A stretch of DNA of 64,000 bases. Origin: Dehalococcoidia bacterium (GTDB lineage: Bacteria; Chloroflexota; Dehalococcoidia; DSTF01; RBG-16-68-14). The position numbers and the translations under genes were made by a program. The stretch is from positions 1 through 64,000 of the forward strand of contig JBBEBM010000017.1 of NCBI GenBank assembly GCA_040882355.1. The letters are read 5' to 3'. The notes beneath the pieces are model-generated. The model ran no database searches. It was not told where the DNA came from and was given only the letters and a program-made list of their open reading frames with translations. Positions within the stretch are counted from its first letter, which is position 1, and each line of letters begins with the position of its first letter. This document shows positions 48,496-58,349 of this stretch, piece by piece.

Positions 48496-49302
48496 CTACG
48501 TTGCGACCTCTCTTAGGTACGTGCGCTTCATCGCGACAGGCCGGAACCCCATCGCCGCGTAGATCTGCTTCGGGGTGTCCGAGGCGTCGGCGGTGATCGC
48601 GACGGGCCCAGCGCCGCGCTCGCGGCAGCCGGCGACGGCGCGGTGGATCAGGGCGGTGGCGAGCCCGCGATGCCGGAAGTCCGGGTGCGTGAACAAGTAC
48701 TCGACCTGACCCATTCCCTCGATTCCCGGCCACGACGCCCCGTACGCCTGTGCCTCGCCGTCGACGTAGGCCAGCCAGTAGCGCAGCGGCGGCGACTTCG
48801 CGCGGCCCGAGCGTATCGCGGACTCGAGGGCCTGCCCTGAGCTTGCCGAGCGGTCGGCTGACGCGCCCGCGCGCTCCTCGTAGTCCGGCCAGCTCGCGGC
48901 AACGAGCGCGGCGCGCGCCTGCCAGGCGGACTCGTTGTCGACGGGGCGGATGTCGGCCGGTTTCGCTTCACCCACGAGGTCGCCCTCCAGGACCGAGACG
49001 ATGGTCTCCTCGCGGCGATAGCCGTCAAGGAGCAGTCGCGCTTCGAATGCGGGCTGTGCGTCGTGGTCTACGTCGAAGCGGCGGTATGGCAGGCCGGCGA
49101 GCTCACGCTCGACACGGGTGAGCAGTCGCTCGATCTCGTCCGGAGTCGACGCGGTGACGTTCGCGACGAAGTTGGCTTCGCGCTCCAGCGGCAGCTCGCG
49201 GTTGCGGACGAACAGGGCGCCCTCCGCCTCGAACGTCTCGTTGCCGAGCGCCAGCAGCGCCAGATCAACGTCGAGGGCGCGCCGGCCGAGGGTCTCGCTC
49301 AC
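48496..49302 (-). CDS. GNAT family N-acetyltransferase
   Basis: GTG 49302 just after the upstream stop; FTHPDFRHRGLATAL, YAAMGF; paralog of 50963-51781. The longer ORF call (to 49656) overlaps the RCC1 gene. Confidence 0.88.
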   Translation of the reverse strand: MSETLGRRALDVDLALLALGNETFEAEGALFVRNRELPLEREANFVANVTASTPDEIERLLTRVERELAGLPYRRFDVDHDAQPAFEARLLLDGYRREETIVSVLEGDLVGEAKPADIRPVDNESAWQARAALVAASWPDYEERAGASADRSASSGQALESAIRSGRAKSPPLRYWLAYVDGEAQAYGASWPGIEGMGQVEYLFTHPDFRHRGLATALIHRAVAGCRERGAGPVAITADASDTPKQIYAAMGFRPVAMKRTYLREVAT

Positions 49303-49303
49303 C

Positions 49304-50941
49304 TCAGGCGCAGCTATGGCCGAACTGAACGACGGCGAACGCGATGTCCGCAACCGTAATGCTCCCATCCGGCGGGCCGAGGTCCCAGAGGTCGCGACCG
49401 GGCTGCGGCGATGACCGATCGAACGCGGTGTGGTAGCCGCTGCCCGGCGGCGTTGAGAGCGGATTGCCATTCGGAACGCCGACCGCGCCAAAGCGCTGGA
49501 CCACGCGGGCGAGGTCTCCGGCCGTGACAGCCTTGTCGCGGGCGTTCGGAGCTGCGGGCGTGTCGAAGAAGTCCCAGTGGTGCTTCGGGTCGCGGCGGCC
49601 GCCGGTGAGCTGGCTCCCAATCGCGGTTTGCTGCTCCTCGGAAGTAGTGCAGCCATCGCTGTCAGCGTCGGTACCCGTGAACAGGCCGAAGACGGCTCCC
49701 GGCGCGTTTCGGTCGGTCATCGTCGCGTTACCAAGCTGGCCGAACTCGTTCCACCCCCAGCACTCCAGGAGGGCTCCGGTCGTCATCGCGCAGGCGCTGT
49801 CGCCGCCGCCGCTGACGGAGGCGAAGGCCGGCAAGAGGGACGCGATGCACGCCGGGTCCGGGATAGCCAGGACCACCCGGCAGATATCGACTGGGGTGGT
49901 GGCCGTGTCGTTCGTTCCGTTGCCAACCTGACCCAGGCTGTTGTTGCCCCAGCACTTGATATCGGCGCCGGTGTTGAGCGCGCACGTGCTCCGGCTGGCT
50001 GCTGAGACCTGGGTATAACCGCTGGCGAGGCCGACGACAGCGACGGGCGTCATGGCGCATGGCGTGCTGGCGCACGTGTCCGGCGCGACGGCCCCGATCT
50101 GCTCGTTGACGTCCGATCCCCAACAGAAGACAGCGCCGGCGTCCGTCACGGCGCACGTGTGTATCCTCCCCGCCGAGACCATCGCCACGTTTTGGTTCAA
50201 GGGAGGTGAGACGGGGCCTGGGCCCGACACGTTGTTGGTCGTCCCGTTCCCGAGCTGCCCGAAGGCGTTTCCTCCCCAGCATCGCAGCGATCCGTCAAGA
50301 GCGGTGATCGCGCAGGTGTGATCGTCGCCCACGGCGAAGCCGCTCAGCGCGCCGGTAGTTAGATCGATCGGGACCGTGCTGCACTCGAAGTTCGACTCGC
50401 ATGTTTCCTGGGTCACCACGCCCAACTCGCCAAAGCGGTCAGAACCCCAGCAGGCCAGACCGTTCGACGCGTACGCGCAGGTGTGACCAAAGCCGGCGTC
50501 GATCGCCGTTACGCCACTCGTCAGGCCAAGGACCTGGACTGGCGTCGAGCGATTCGTGGTGGTGCCGTCGCCGAGCTGGCCGTTGTCGTTGTGGCCCCAG
50601 CACACCGCCGCTCCTGCGGCGGTCACCGCGCACGTATGGCTTCCTCCCGCTGAGATACTCGCGACGCCGCTCGACAAGCCTGCTACATCGATGGGCGTGG
50701 ATGCGCAGGGGAAGCTGTCGCCCACAGATGAGCACTCCCCGTATGCCGTGCCGCCCAACTGCCCAACGCTGTCGAATCCCCAGCATTTCGCCGCTCCCGC
50801 GTTCGTCACGGCGCACGCGTGGCTCCCCCCGACTGACACCATCGCTATTCCCGCCGCTGCCGCGGGCGGCTGCTCTCGCGCGGCGAACAGCGCCGTCGCA
50901 ACGAGTCCGCTCAGGAAGATGAGAGCCAGCGCGCGCTTCAT
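49304..50941 (-). CDS. Secreted RCC1-repeat protein with dockerin-like C-terminal tail domain
   Basis: Signal peptide; about seven HTCA...CWG.N..GQLG repeats; DADSDGC...RDP..HWDFFD...QFGHSCA. Confidence 0.9.
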   Translation of the reverse strand: MKRALALIFLSGLVATALFAAREQPPAAAAGIAMVSVGGSHACAVTNAGAAKCWGFDSVGQLGGTAYGECSSVGDSFPCASTPIDVAGLSSGVASISAGGSHTCAVTAAGAAVCWGHNDNGQLGDGTTTNRSTPVQVLGLTSGVTAIDAGFGHTCAYASNGLACWGSDRFGELGVVTQETCESNFECSTVPIDLTTGALSGFAVGDDHTCAITALDGSLRCWGGNAFGQLGNGTTNNVSGPGPVSPPLNQNVAMVSAGRIHTCAVTDAGAVFCWGSDVNEQIGAVAPDTCASTPCAMTPVAVVGLASGYTQVSAASRSTCALNTGADIKCWGNNSLGQVGNGTNDTATTPVDICRVVLAIPDPACIASLLPAFASVSGGGDSACAMTTGALLECWGWNEFGQLGNATMTDRNAPGAVFGLFTGTDADSDGCTTSEEQQTAIGSQLTGGRRDPKHHWDFFDTPAAPNARDKAVTAGDLARVVQRFGAVGVPNGNPLSTPPGSGYHTAFDRSSPQPGRDLWDLGPPDGSITVADIAFAVVQFGHSCA

Positions 50942-50962
50942 CAGGAACGCAGTATACCCATC

Positions 50963-51781
50963 CTACGAGAGCTTCTTCAGGTAGCTGCGCTTCACGGCCA
51001 CCGGCCGGAAGCCCATCACAGCGTACATCTGCTTGGGCGTGTCGCTCGGGTCGGCGACGATGACGACGTGCCCCGCCCCGTGAGCCCGCGCATCGGCGAC
51101 GCAATGGTGGATGAGCGCCGTCGCGAGGCCACGATGGCGGAAGTCCTCATGAGTGAAGAGGTCCTCGACCTGTCCGACACCGTCCGTGCCCTCCCACGAC
51201 GCGAAGTACGCGCGCGGCTCGCCGTCGAAGTATGCTAGCCAGTAGCGCGCGGGCGGCGACTTGATCCGGCGGTTCTGGAGCATCGCCGCGGCCGTCCAGG
51301 CGCTGGCCTCCTGGGCATCGCCCGGCGCGGTCCGCTCCGCGTAGTTATGCCAGTCTGTCTCGTGGAGGGCGCCGTACGCCGCCCAGGCCGCGTCGTCATC
51401 GACGAGGCGGATCTCGTAGGATTTCGGCTCGCCGATCAAGTCGCGTTCGAGGAGCATGACGAGCGCATCGTTGCGCTCGTAGCCTTCGAGCGCCAGACGC
51501 GCCTCGAACTCCGGAGGGGCGTCGAGGTCCAGGTCGAAGCGGCGGTGGCGGCAGCCGATCGTGCCGTACGCGTCGTCGGCGAGCGCCAGCAGCCGGTCGA
51601 CGTCCTCCTTCGCGCCAACGCGGACGCGCATCGCGTGGTTGGCGTCGTGGACGGCAGTCAGCGCCGGGTTGCGCACGAAGACAGCACCGTCCGCTTCGAA
51701 GATATCGTTGCCCAGGGCGAGGAGGTCTTCGTTCACGGCGAGTGCGCGGCGAATGAGATCAACTGACACGATGCTACCCAA
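50963..51781 (-). CDS. GNAT family N-acetyltransferase
   Basis: VEDLFTHEDFRHRGLATAL, DTPKQMY..MGF; start uncertain. Confidence 0.88.
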   Translation of the reverse strand: MGSIVSVDLIRRALAVNEDLLALGNDIFEADGAVFVRNPALTAVHDANHAMRVRVGAKEDVDRLLALADDAYGTIGCRHRRFDLDLDAPPEFEARLALEGYERNDALVMLLERDLIGEPKSYEIRLVDDDAAWAAYGALHETDWHNYAERTAPGDAQEASAWTAAAMLQNRRIKSPPARYWLAYFDGEPRAYFASWEGTDGVGQVEDLFTHEDFRHRGLATALIHHCVADARAHGAGHVVIVADPSDTPKQMYAVMGFRPVAVKRSYLKKLS

Positions 51782-51863
51782 TGAGCGACATTCTAGCGTA
51801 AGATGCGGCTAGCCCAAGATGACCGCGTCCTCGGGAGGGAGGCGCGCTGGAAACGGACCGGCC

Positions 51864-52295
51864 GTGACCAAGCAACGCGTCCTCTTCCTCTGCACCGGCA
51901 ACTCGGCCCGCAGTCAGATGGCCGAGGCGCTGCTGCGCCACCTGGCGCCCGAGGCGTTTGACGTCTCGAGCGCGGGCACAGCGCCGAAGGGGCTGCACCC
52001 GCTGGCGGTCCGAGCGATGGCGGAGCTGGGCATCGACATCGCCAGCCAGCGCTCGAAGTCGGTGGACGAGTACCTGAGCGAGCCGTTCGACTACGTGATC
52101 ACGCTCTGCGACGACGCCAACGAGTCGTGTCCGAGCTTCGCGAACGCGCGCGATAGGCTGCACTGGGGCTTCGAGGACCCGGCGCGGGCGACTGGCGATG
52201 AGGACCAGCAGTTGGGCGTCTTCCGCCGCGTCCGCGACGAGATCCGGGTCGCACTCGAGCGGTTCGTCGCATCCGATGAACAGGGCTCAGAGTAG
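51864..52295 (+). CDS. arsC: Arsenate reductase, thioredoxin-coupled LMW-PTP type
   Basis: LFLCTGNSARSQMAE, TLC...CP, HW.F.DP; GTG 51864 (alternative ATG 51819). Confidence 0.92.
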   Translation: MTKQRVLFLCTGNSARSQMAEALLRHLAPEAFDVSSAGTAPKGLHPLAVRAMAELGIDIASQRSKSVDEYLSEPFDYVITLCDDANESCPSFANARDRLHWGFEDPARATGDEDQQLGVFRRVRDEIRVALERFVASDEQGSE

Positions 52296-52655
52296 ATGGC
52301 CGGGAGCGCGCGGCGGTTGCTGGCGGAGTTCGCGGGCACCTTTCTTCTCGTCTTCGGCGGCTGCGGCGCGATCGCCGTCGACGATCTCTCAGGTGGCGAG
52401 CTCGGGCATGTGGGGAGCTCGCTCGCATTCGGGCTGGCGATCGCGGCGGGCGTGTTCACGCTGGGCCATGTCTCGGGCGCTCACTTCAACCCGGCGATCA
52501 GCGGCGCGCTCGCGCTGATCGGTCGCTTCCCCGTGCGCGAGATCGCGCCCTACGTACTCGCGCAGGTTGCGGGCGCCGCCTCGGCGAGCCTGGTGCTGCG
52601 GGGCCTGTACGGCAACGTCGCCGACCTGGGCGCGACTGCGCCGGCGCCTGCCTAG
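52296..52655 (+). pseudogene. Aquaporin/MIP channel, 5' fragment
   Basis: AEFAGTF, SGAHFNPA (first NPA); stops after LGATAP. Confidence 0.85.
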
Positions 52656-52745
52656 AAGGCGAACGAGTCTGCGACCTACCGGTTCCACGTTAATCTGGTA
52701 TCGAGGGCGGTCTGTCCCGCCGGGACCGTTCAAGGTGGTGCAACT

Positions 52746-53852
52746 TCAGGCCCCATCTCGAGACGGCTGGAAGAATGCGGCTTCGTGGAACAGTCTCCGC
52801 CTAGCCCACAGGGCAACGTAGACCAAACTCACGAGCACAGGCACTTCGATGAGGGGCCCGACCACGCCGGCCAAGGCCTGGCCGGATTCGATACCGAACG
52901 TGCCAATCGCGACGGCAATGGCGAGCTCAAAGTTGTTGCCGGCGGCGGTAAATGCAAGGGTCGTGGTCTTCGGATACTCAAGCCCCTGTGTCCTGCCCCA
53001 GGCAAAGGCTGTCGTCCACATGATCGCGAAGTAGAAGAGCAGGGGAACGGTAATGCGTGCGACGTCGAATGGCTGTGACGTAATCGAATCACCCTGAATC
53101 GCGAAGAGAACAACTACGGTGAAGAGCAGGCTGTACAGCGCGAACGGTCCAAGACGCTTGAGGAATGTGGTTTCGTACCAGAGGTCACCCTTCCAGCCGC
53201 GGCCGATAACGCTAGTCAAGAAGCCCGCGACTAGTGGTATACCAAGGAAGATGAGGACCGACGTGGCGATGTCCCACAGGGCGAAATCGGCGGAAATCTG
53301 GGACAGGCCCAACCATCCAGGCAAGAGTTCAAGATAGAAGTACGCCAGAATGGAATAGGCACCCACCTGAAAAATGGAGTTGAGCACGACGAGGACTGCC
53401 GCAGATTCGCCGTCACCGCAGGCCAGCGCGTTCCAGATCAGCACCATCGCGATACAGCGCGCCAGACCTACCAAGATCAGCCCGGTCCTGAATTCTGGCA
53501 AATCTGGGAGGAAAATCCAGGCAAGCGCGAACATCAGCGCTGGACCGACGATCCAATTCAGTAGGAGTGACGAAATAACCATGGGACTGTCGGAGGTTAC
53601 GCCACCTAATCGGTCGTAGCGCACCTTGGCCAGGACGGGATACATCATCCCAAGCAGGCCGAAAGCGATCGGCAGAGAGGTTGTGTCGATCTTGACCCGG
53701 TCCAGATCCTCGTTGAGGCCGGGAAGGAGGCGACCGAGCGCCAGGCCCGTCACCATTGCAAGACCTATCCAAAGGGGAAGGAACCGGTCTAGCGTCGATA
53801 GCTGATTGAGGACGGAAGCCTCCAGCTCTACCGCTTGCCTTGTTTGAGTCAC
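52746..53852 (-). CDS. acr3: ACR3 family arsenite efflux transporter
   Basis: LDRFLPLWI, MMYP.L.KV, ARCIAMVLIW, AGNNFELAIAV, GPLIEVP. Confidence 0.96.
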   Translation of the reverse strand: MTQTRQAVELEASVLNQLSTLDRFLPLWIGLAMVTGLALGRLLPGLNEDLDRVKIDTTSLPIAFGLLGMMYPVLAKVRYDRLGGVTSDSPMVISSLLLNWIVGPALMFALAWIFLPDLPEFRTGLILVGLARCIAMVLIWNALACGDGESAAVLVVLNSIFQVGAYSILAYFYLELLPGWLGLSQISADFALWDIATSVLIFLGIPLVAGFLTSVIGRGWKGDLWYETTFLKRLGPFALYSLLFTVVVLFAIQGDSITSQPFDVARITVPLLFYFAIMWTTAFAWGRTQGLEYPKTTTLAFTAAGNNFELAIAVAIGTFGIESGQALAGVVGPLIEVPVLVSLVYVALWARRRLFHEAAFFQPSRDGA

Positions 53853-53914
53853 CAGTCGGGCCCTCCAGGGCTTTCCATGCTAGCGTCGCAATCCGGCCGA
53901 TAGCCCGAAGACAG

Positions 53915-55000
53915 CTAAACACCAAACGAATCGATCAGCACGCGAGCGCGCTGGACGCCGAGCCTAGTGAGAGCGTCAAGCACGGCAGGCATCATTACCG
54001 GTGGGCCAGCGACGTAGACATCACGGCCGGCGAGGGACTCGGCTGAAGTGAGGATGGCATCCGCCAGCTTGCCAAGCTCAGGCCTAATTCCCGTTGGCAG
54101 CGCCTCGGGCACAGCGCCGTGCTCGATTGCCAGGATGCAGTGAAGATTCGCGTCGTGAGCAGCCCAAGCGCTAATTTCGTCTACCTCGTAGAGATCCTCT
54201 GCCGAGCCAACGCCCCAGAAGAGGACGATGTCACGCTGGGGGTCGAGGCCCAGTTGCTGCTCGATCATCGCCTTCACCGGGGCGAACCCGGTTCCACCGG
54301 CGGCGAAGGCCAGCGGCGTGCCGGGCTCCGAGCGAAACGTGAAGTGCCCCTGCGGACCGCGCGCATGCAGGACATCGCCCACTTGAACGCGGTCGAAGAG
54401 CCATTCGGTCATGCGCCCGCCGGGCACGCGCCGGACCTGCAGTTCGACCGAGCCATCATCGCGAGAGGCATTGCCAATCGAGTAGGCCCGCGAGAGCCAG
54501 CCACTTTGTGGCGGGAGAAGCTCTAGATATTGGCCGGCCATGAACTGACACAGGGCGTCGGCTGGAGAAAGCGGGCGCAGGGTAAGGAGCAGGGTGTGCG
54601 GGCCCGGCCGCGTCATCGCCGCAACCTTCAGATTGATAATCCGATCGGCATGAGGAACGGCGCCCGGCCAAGCCAGGTCATCGCGTCTGGCTACCAGATC
54701 ATCCTCGATTGCGTGCCTCACCTCTGGCTGCGCTTCCAACCTGAAGACCGTATCTAGTGATGGAAAGCTAATGGCGTGCGTTGGACAGGTATTCGCGCAG
54801 GTCGTACAACCGACCATGCAGTTCAGCGGGTCGGCCACCACCGCCTTGCGGCGCTCGAAGTCATACCGATATACCATCCGGCTGCACCCGGTGACACAGG
54901 TGCCACAGCCAATGCAGGCGTCCGCGTCAACCGTAGGGTGCCATTCGATTGTCTCGCGTGGGACTCCATGCCAGGGCTTCGTATATTTTGGGTCGGGCAT
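53915..55000 (-). CDS. 2x[4Fe-4S] ferredoxin fused to an FNR-type FAD/NAD(P)-binding reductase
   Basis: CIGCGTC...C and CMVGCTTC...CP; then GQY, RAYS, GGRMT, GPQG, AGGTGFAP, AGPP; ATG 55000 after GAGGAG. Confidence 0.88.
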   Translation of the reverse strand: MPDPKYTKPWHGVPRETIEWHPTVDADACIGCGTCVTGCSRMVYRYDFERRKAVVADPLNCMVGCTTCANTCPTHAISFPSLDTVFRLEAQPEVRHAIEDDLVARRDDLAWPGAVPHADRIINLKVAAMTRPGPHTLLLTLRPLSPADALCQFMAGQYLELLPPQSGWLSRAYSIGNASRDDGSVELQVRRVPGGRMTEWLFDRVQVGDVLHARGPQGHFTFRSEPGTPLAFAAGGTGFAPVKAMIEQQLGLDPQRDIVLFWGVGSAEDLYEVDEISAWAAHDANLHCILAIEHGAVPEALPTGIRPELGKLADAILTSAESLAGRDVYVAGPPVMMPAVLDALTRLGVQRARVLIDSFGV

Positions 55001-55088
55001 CGCTTCAACTCCTCGCCGATAGGCGCACCCCGCATCCATCCGTCGTCTCCCTCATAGAAGGGCATCCGCGCCCGCATCGCAAGACCGG

Positions 55089-55295
55089 GGTGCGGCGTTC
55101 CTGGGGGCGCTGCTGGGCGGGCCGGTCACCGGCGGCTCGATGAACCCGGCGTGTTCGTTCGGGCCCGCGCTTGTGGCGTGGACATTCAGCGACCTCTGGC
55201 TCTACCTGACGGCGCCGGTGCTTGGTGCGCTGGCCGGAGCGCTGCTCTATGTGCGCACAGTCGGCCTGGCACGCGCAGGCGAGGACCTGCCTTGA
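55089..55295 (+). pseudogene. Aquaporin/MIP channel, 3' fragment
   Basis: Manual translation GAAFLGALLGGPVTGGSMNPACSFGPALVAWTFSDLWLYLTAPVLGALAGALLY...* (second NPA); absent from the ORF track. Confidence 0.85.
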
Positions 55296-55443
55296 CCGCG
55301 CGCTAGACCACGGCGTCTCGAAGGACATCTACATCGTCGACACGGATGGCATCGAGATCGAGATCACGTACGACGTGCCGCCGGACCGCTGGCCCAAGGG
55401 TGACGCCTTTGCCAGCACGAGACCGCTGGTGTTCGCGAACTGA
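55290..55443 (+). pseudogene. VOC/glyoxalase-like C-terminal remnant
   Basis: DHGVSKDIYIVDTDGIEIEITYD resembles the DHG.S.S.Y..DPDG..IE motif; no N-terminal half. Confidence 0.55.
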
Positions 55444-55495
55444 GCAGGCCGGCTCATTGAGGGCCGGCCAGGGCGCGTGCTAGCATGAGATCGCG

Positions 55496-55792
55496 ATGAC
55501 ACAGCTTGCCGCTGAAGAGATCTCGTCGCTAGAGGCGCGGGTCGACCAGGCGCTGGACGACATCCGGCCGTACATCCACTCGCACGGCGGCGAGGTGAAC
55601 GTGCTCGAAGTGACCGAGGAGGGAGTGGCCCGCCTCCAGATGATCGGCTCGTGCAACGGCTGTCCCATGAGCATGCTGACGATGCGCCTCGGCATTGAGC
55701 GCCTGCTCGCCGAGAAGGTGCCCCAGCTCACGAAGGCAGAAGCGGTCTTCGTCGACGACTTCGAGTGGCCCGAAATCGACGCGGAACCCTAA
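55496..55792 (+). CDS. NifU-C / Nfu-type Fe-S carrier
   Basis: IRPYI.SHGG.V, GSCNGCPMS..T. Confidence 0.92.
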   Translation: MTQLAAEEISSLEARVDQALDDIRPYIHSHGGEVNVLEVTEEGVARLQMIGSCNGCPMSMLTMRLGIERLLAEKVPQLTKAEAVFVDDFEWPEIDAEP

Positions 55793-55888
55793 GACATCCG
55801 TTCGTCCCTCACTTTCGTCGCGAACCACTCCCTGTGTTATAGTCCAAACAGCGCCGCCAGCTTCAGATTTCGCAGGAGGCCCCCGCCG

Positions 55889-56935
55889 ATGACGCAGATC
55901 GCCGCGCGCACTTCGCGCAGACGAGCGGCTCGGTCACCCCAGGCCGAGCCCGGGCCGCGCCTAGCGCTGCTCTTTCCAGGCCAGGGCTCGCAGCAGGCGG
56001 GCATGGGCAAGCGCATCGCTGAAACGTCGCGGGCGGCACGCAAGGTCTACGACGACGCCGACGAGGCGCTGGGCTTTTCCATCTCACAGTTGTGCTTCGA
56101 GGCATCCGCTGAGGAGCTGGGCGATACAGCAAACGCTCAACCTGCGATCCTCGCGACGAGCCTCGCTCACCTTGCTTTCCTGCGGGAGCGGCTCCAGCAG
56201 ATGGGGCGCCGGCTGCGCCCTTCGTTCCTGGCCGGGCACAGTCTTGGCCAGTTCACCGCGGCTGTGGCGGCGAACTCAGTCGACTTCGGTGAAGGACTCA
56301 AGCTGGTGCTGGAGCGCGGCCGGATCATGACGGAACGGGCCCGGACCAGGCCTGGTGGCATGGTTTCCGTGATCGGCTTGGGCGAACGCGATGTGCGGCA
56401 TCTCTGCCGCGAGGTGTCGCCGGAGGGCAAGGTCGGCCTTGCTGTCGTGAACGGGCCAGAACGGACGGTTATCTCCGGCGAGGAGCTGGCGCTGCAGCGG
56501 GCGATGCAGCTCGCGCGCAAACGAGGCGCCCGCGTGCTCCGCCTCTCGATCAGCGTGCCCGGCCACATCCCGCTGATGCGCGATACCGCCCGCGAGCTGT
56601 CGCGCTTCATCTCGAAGCTCCAGTTCCGCGATCCAGAGACGCCGCTCGTGTCGAACCTCTCGGCGCGGCTGCTGACCAGCGCCGACGAGGTGCGGGAGGA
56701 GCTTTCGGACCAGATGTGCGCCGCGGTGCAGTGGGCGCGCTGCGTCGTCGCGATGGCCAACGAAGGCGCCGGCGCGTTCCTGGAGGTCGGTCCCGGCCAC
56801 GCATTAACCCGCATGGTCTCGCGCATCCGCGACGACGTGAAGGCCGTGAGCGCGGAGGAGACGTCGCCCGAGGCCATGCTCGATCTCACCGTACCCTTGC
56901 GGGGCGCTGCCCGCGTCCCCGTCCACACCGATTAA
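55889..56935 (+). CDS. fabD: Malonyl-CoA:ACP transacylase
   Basis: LFPGQGSQ, QPAI, GHSLG, EVGPG. Confidence 0.9.
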   Translation: MTQIAARTSRRRAARSPQAEPGPRLALLFPGQGSQQAGMGKRIAETSRAARKVYDDADEALGFSISQLCFEASAEELGDTANAQPAILATSLAHLAFLRERLQQMGRRLRPSFLAGHSLGQFTAAVAANSVDFGEGLKLVLERGRIMTERARTRPGGMVSVIGLGERDVRHLCREVSPEGKVGLAVVNGPERTVISGEELALQRAMQLARKRGARVLRLSISVPGHIPLMRDTARELSRFISKLQFRDPETPLVSNLSARLLTSADEVREELSDQMCAAVQWARCVVAMANEGAGAFLEVGPGHALTRMVSRIRDDVKAVSAEETSPEAMLDLTVPLRGAARVPVHTD

Positions 56936-56948
56936 ACGTGGCGGGCGC

Positions 56949-58220
56949 GTGAGCGGGGCCTACCCCCCCTTCTTCGAGCTCCCCGACGAGCAACGCGCCG
57001 TCGTCACGGGGCTGGGCTGCGTCTGTCCCCTGGGCAACGACGCGCGGACGGTCTGGCAGGCGATGGTCGAGGGCCGTTCCGGCGTAGGGCGGGTCACGAA
57101 GTTCGATGCCTCAGGACTCGAAAACGACATTGCGGCGGAGGTGCGCGACTTCCACCCGGAGGAGTTCATCGCGGCCAAGGACCTGCGCCGGATGGCGCGG
57201 CCCGCGCAGTACGCTGTTGTCGCAGCGCAAGAGGCGGTAGCGGACGCCGCCCTGGTGATTGACGACTCGAACGCGGACGAGGTGGGCGTGGTGTTCGGCT
57301 CGGCCGGCGGCGGCTACGGGCTGGTCATAGAACAGCAGCGCATCTTGCAAGAGCGCGGCTCGCGCCGGGTGAGCCCCTTCCTGATCTCGCACATGCTGCC
57401 GGACGCCTCGTCCGGACACATTGCGATCACACTGGGCGCGCGCGGGCCCAACTACTGTCCCACCTCTGCTTGCGCCACCGGCACGGCCGCGGTGGGCGAA
57501 GCGATGGAGACGATCCGCCGCGGCGACGCGCACGTCGTGATCTGCGGTGGCACGGACGAGCCGGTGCTGCCGGTCTTCATGGCCGGCTTCGGCGCGCTGC
57601 GCGGGATGGCGAGCGACCCCGACCCGGCGAAGGCCTGCAAGCCGTTCGACGCGCGACGCAATGGGTTCGTCGTGGGCGAAGGGGCCGCGGCGCTCGTGGT
57701 GGAAAGCCTGGCCTCGGCGAAGGCGCGCGGGGCGCGCTGCTACGCCGAAGTCGTGGGGTACGGCACCAGCAACGATGCCTATGACATGGAGGCCTCGCAC
57801 GAGTCCGCGCGCGGGCCGGTCCTCGCGATGCGGCTCGCTCTGCGCAAGTCGGGCCTGCCGCTGGAGGAGGTCGACTACATCAACGCTCACGGCACAGGCA
57901 CGCCGCTGAACGACCGCGTGGAGACGGCCGCGATCAAGACGGTCTTCGGCGAGCACGCCTACAGGCTGGCCGTCAGCTCCACGAAGTCGATGGTCGGCCA
58001 CCTGATGGGTGGCGCCGGGGCGCTGGAGGCGCTCGCGACCGTGATGGCCGTCCACGAGGGCGTGGTCCCGCCCACGATCAACTACGCCGAGCCCGACCCC
58101 GACTGCGACCTGGACTACGTGCCGAACGTGGCCCGGCAGGCCGAGCTGCGCGCCGCGCTCTCGAACTCGATCGGCCTGGGCGGCCACAACGCGACAGTGG
58201 TCTTCCGCCGGGTCGAGTAG
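56949..58220 (+). CDS. fabF: Beta-ketoacyl-ACP synthase II
   Basis: VVTGLG, SACATG, PFD..RNGF, NAHGTGT, KSMVGH, GGHNA. Confidence 0.93.
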   Translation: MSGAYPPFFELPDEQRAVVTGLGCVCPLGNDARTVWQAMVEGRSGVGRVTKFDASGLENDIAAEVRDFHPEEFIAAKDLRRMARPAQYAVVAAQEAVADAALVIDDSNADEVGVVFGSAGGGYGLVIEQQRILQERGSRRVSPFLISHMLPDASSGHIAITLGARGPNYCPTSACATGTAAVGEAMETIRRGDAHVVICGGTDEPVLPVFMAGFGALRGMASDPDPAKACKPFDARRNGFVVGEGAAALVVESLASAKARGARCYAEVVGYGTSNDAYDMEASHESARGPVLAMRLALRKSGLPLEEVDYINAHGTGTPLNDRVETAAIKTVFGEHAYRLAVSSTKSMVGHLMGGAGALEALATVMAVHEGVVPPTINYAEPDPDCDLDYVPNVARQAELRAALSNSIGLGGHNATVVFRRVE

Positions 58221-58349
58221 GCCCAAAGAACCGGCGCGACCGTGCACGAACTGTAGCCTCATGTGGTAGGGTGTGACGGGCCCTGGCATTGCTGACCAGA
58301 GCCTGCACCGTTGAGGCCATCCAGTAACCAAACTAGAGGAGGAAGACTC

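Noticed and set aside
48496..51781. GNAT toxin-antitoxin modules
   Set aside because: Proteins are about 270 aa with an extra N-terminal domain, and there is no adjacent RHH antitoxin.
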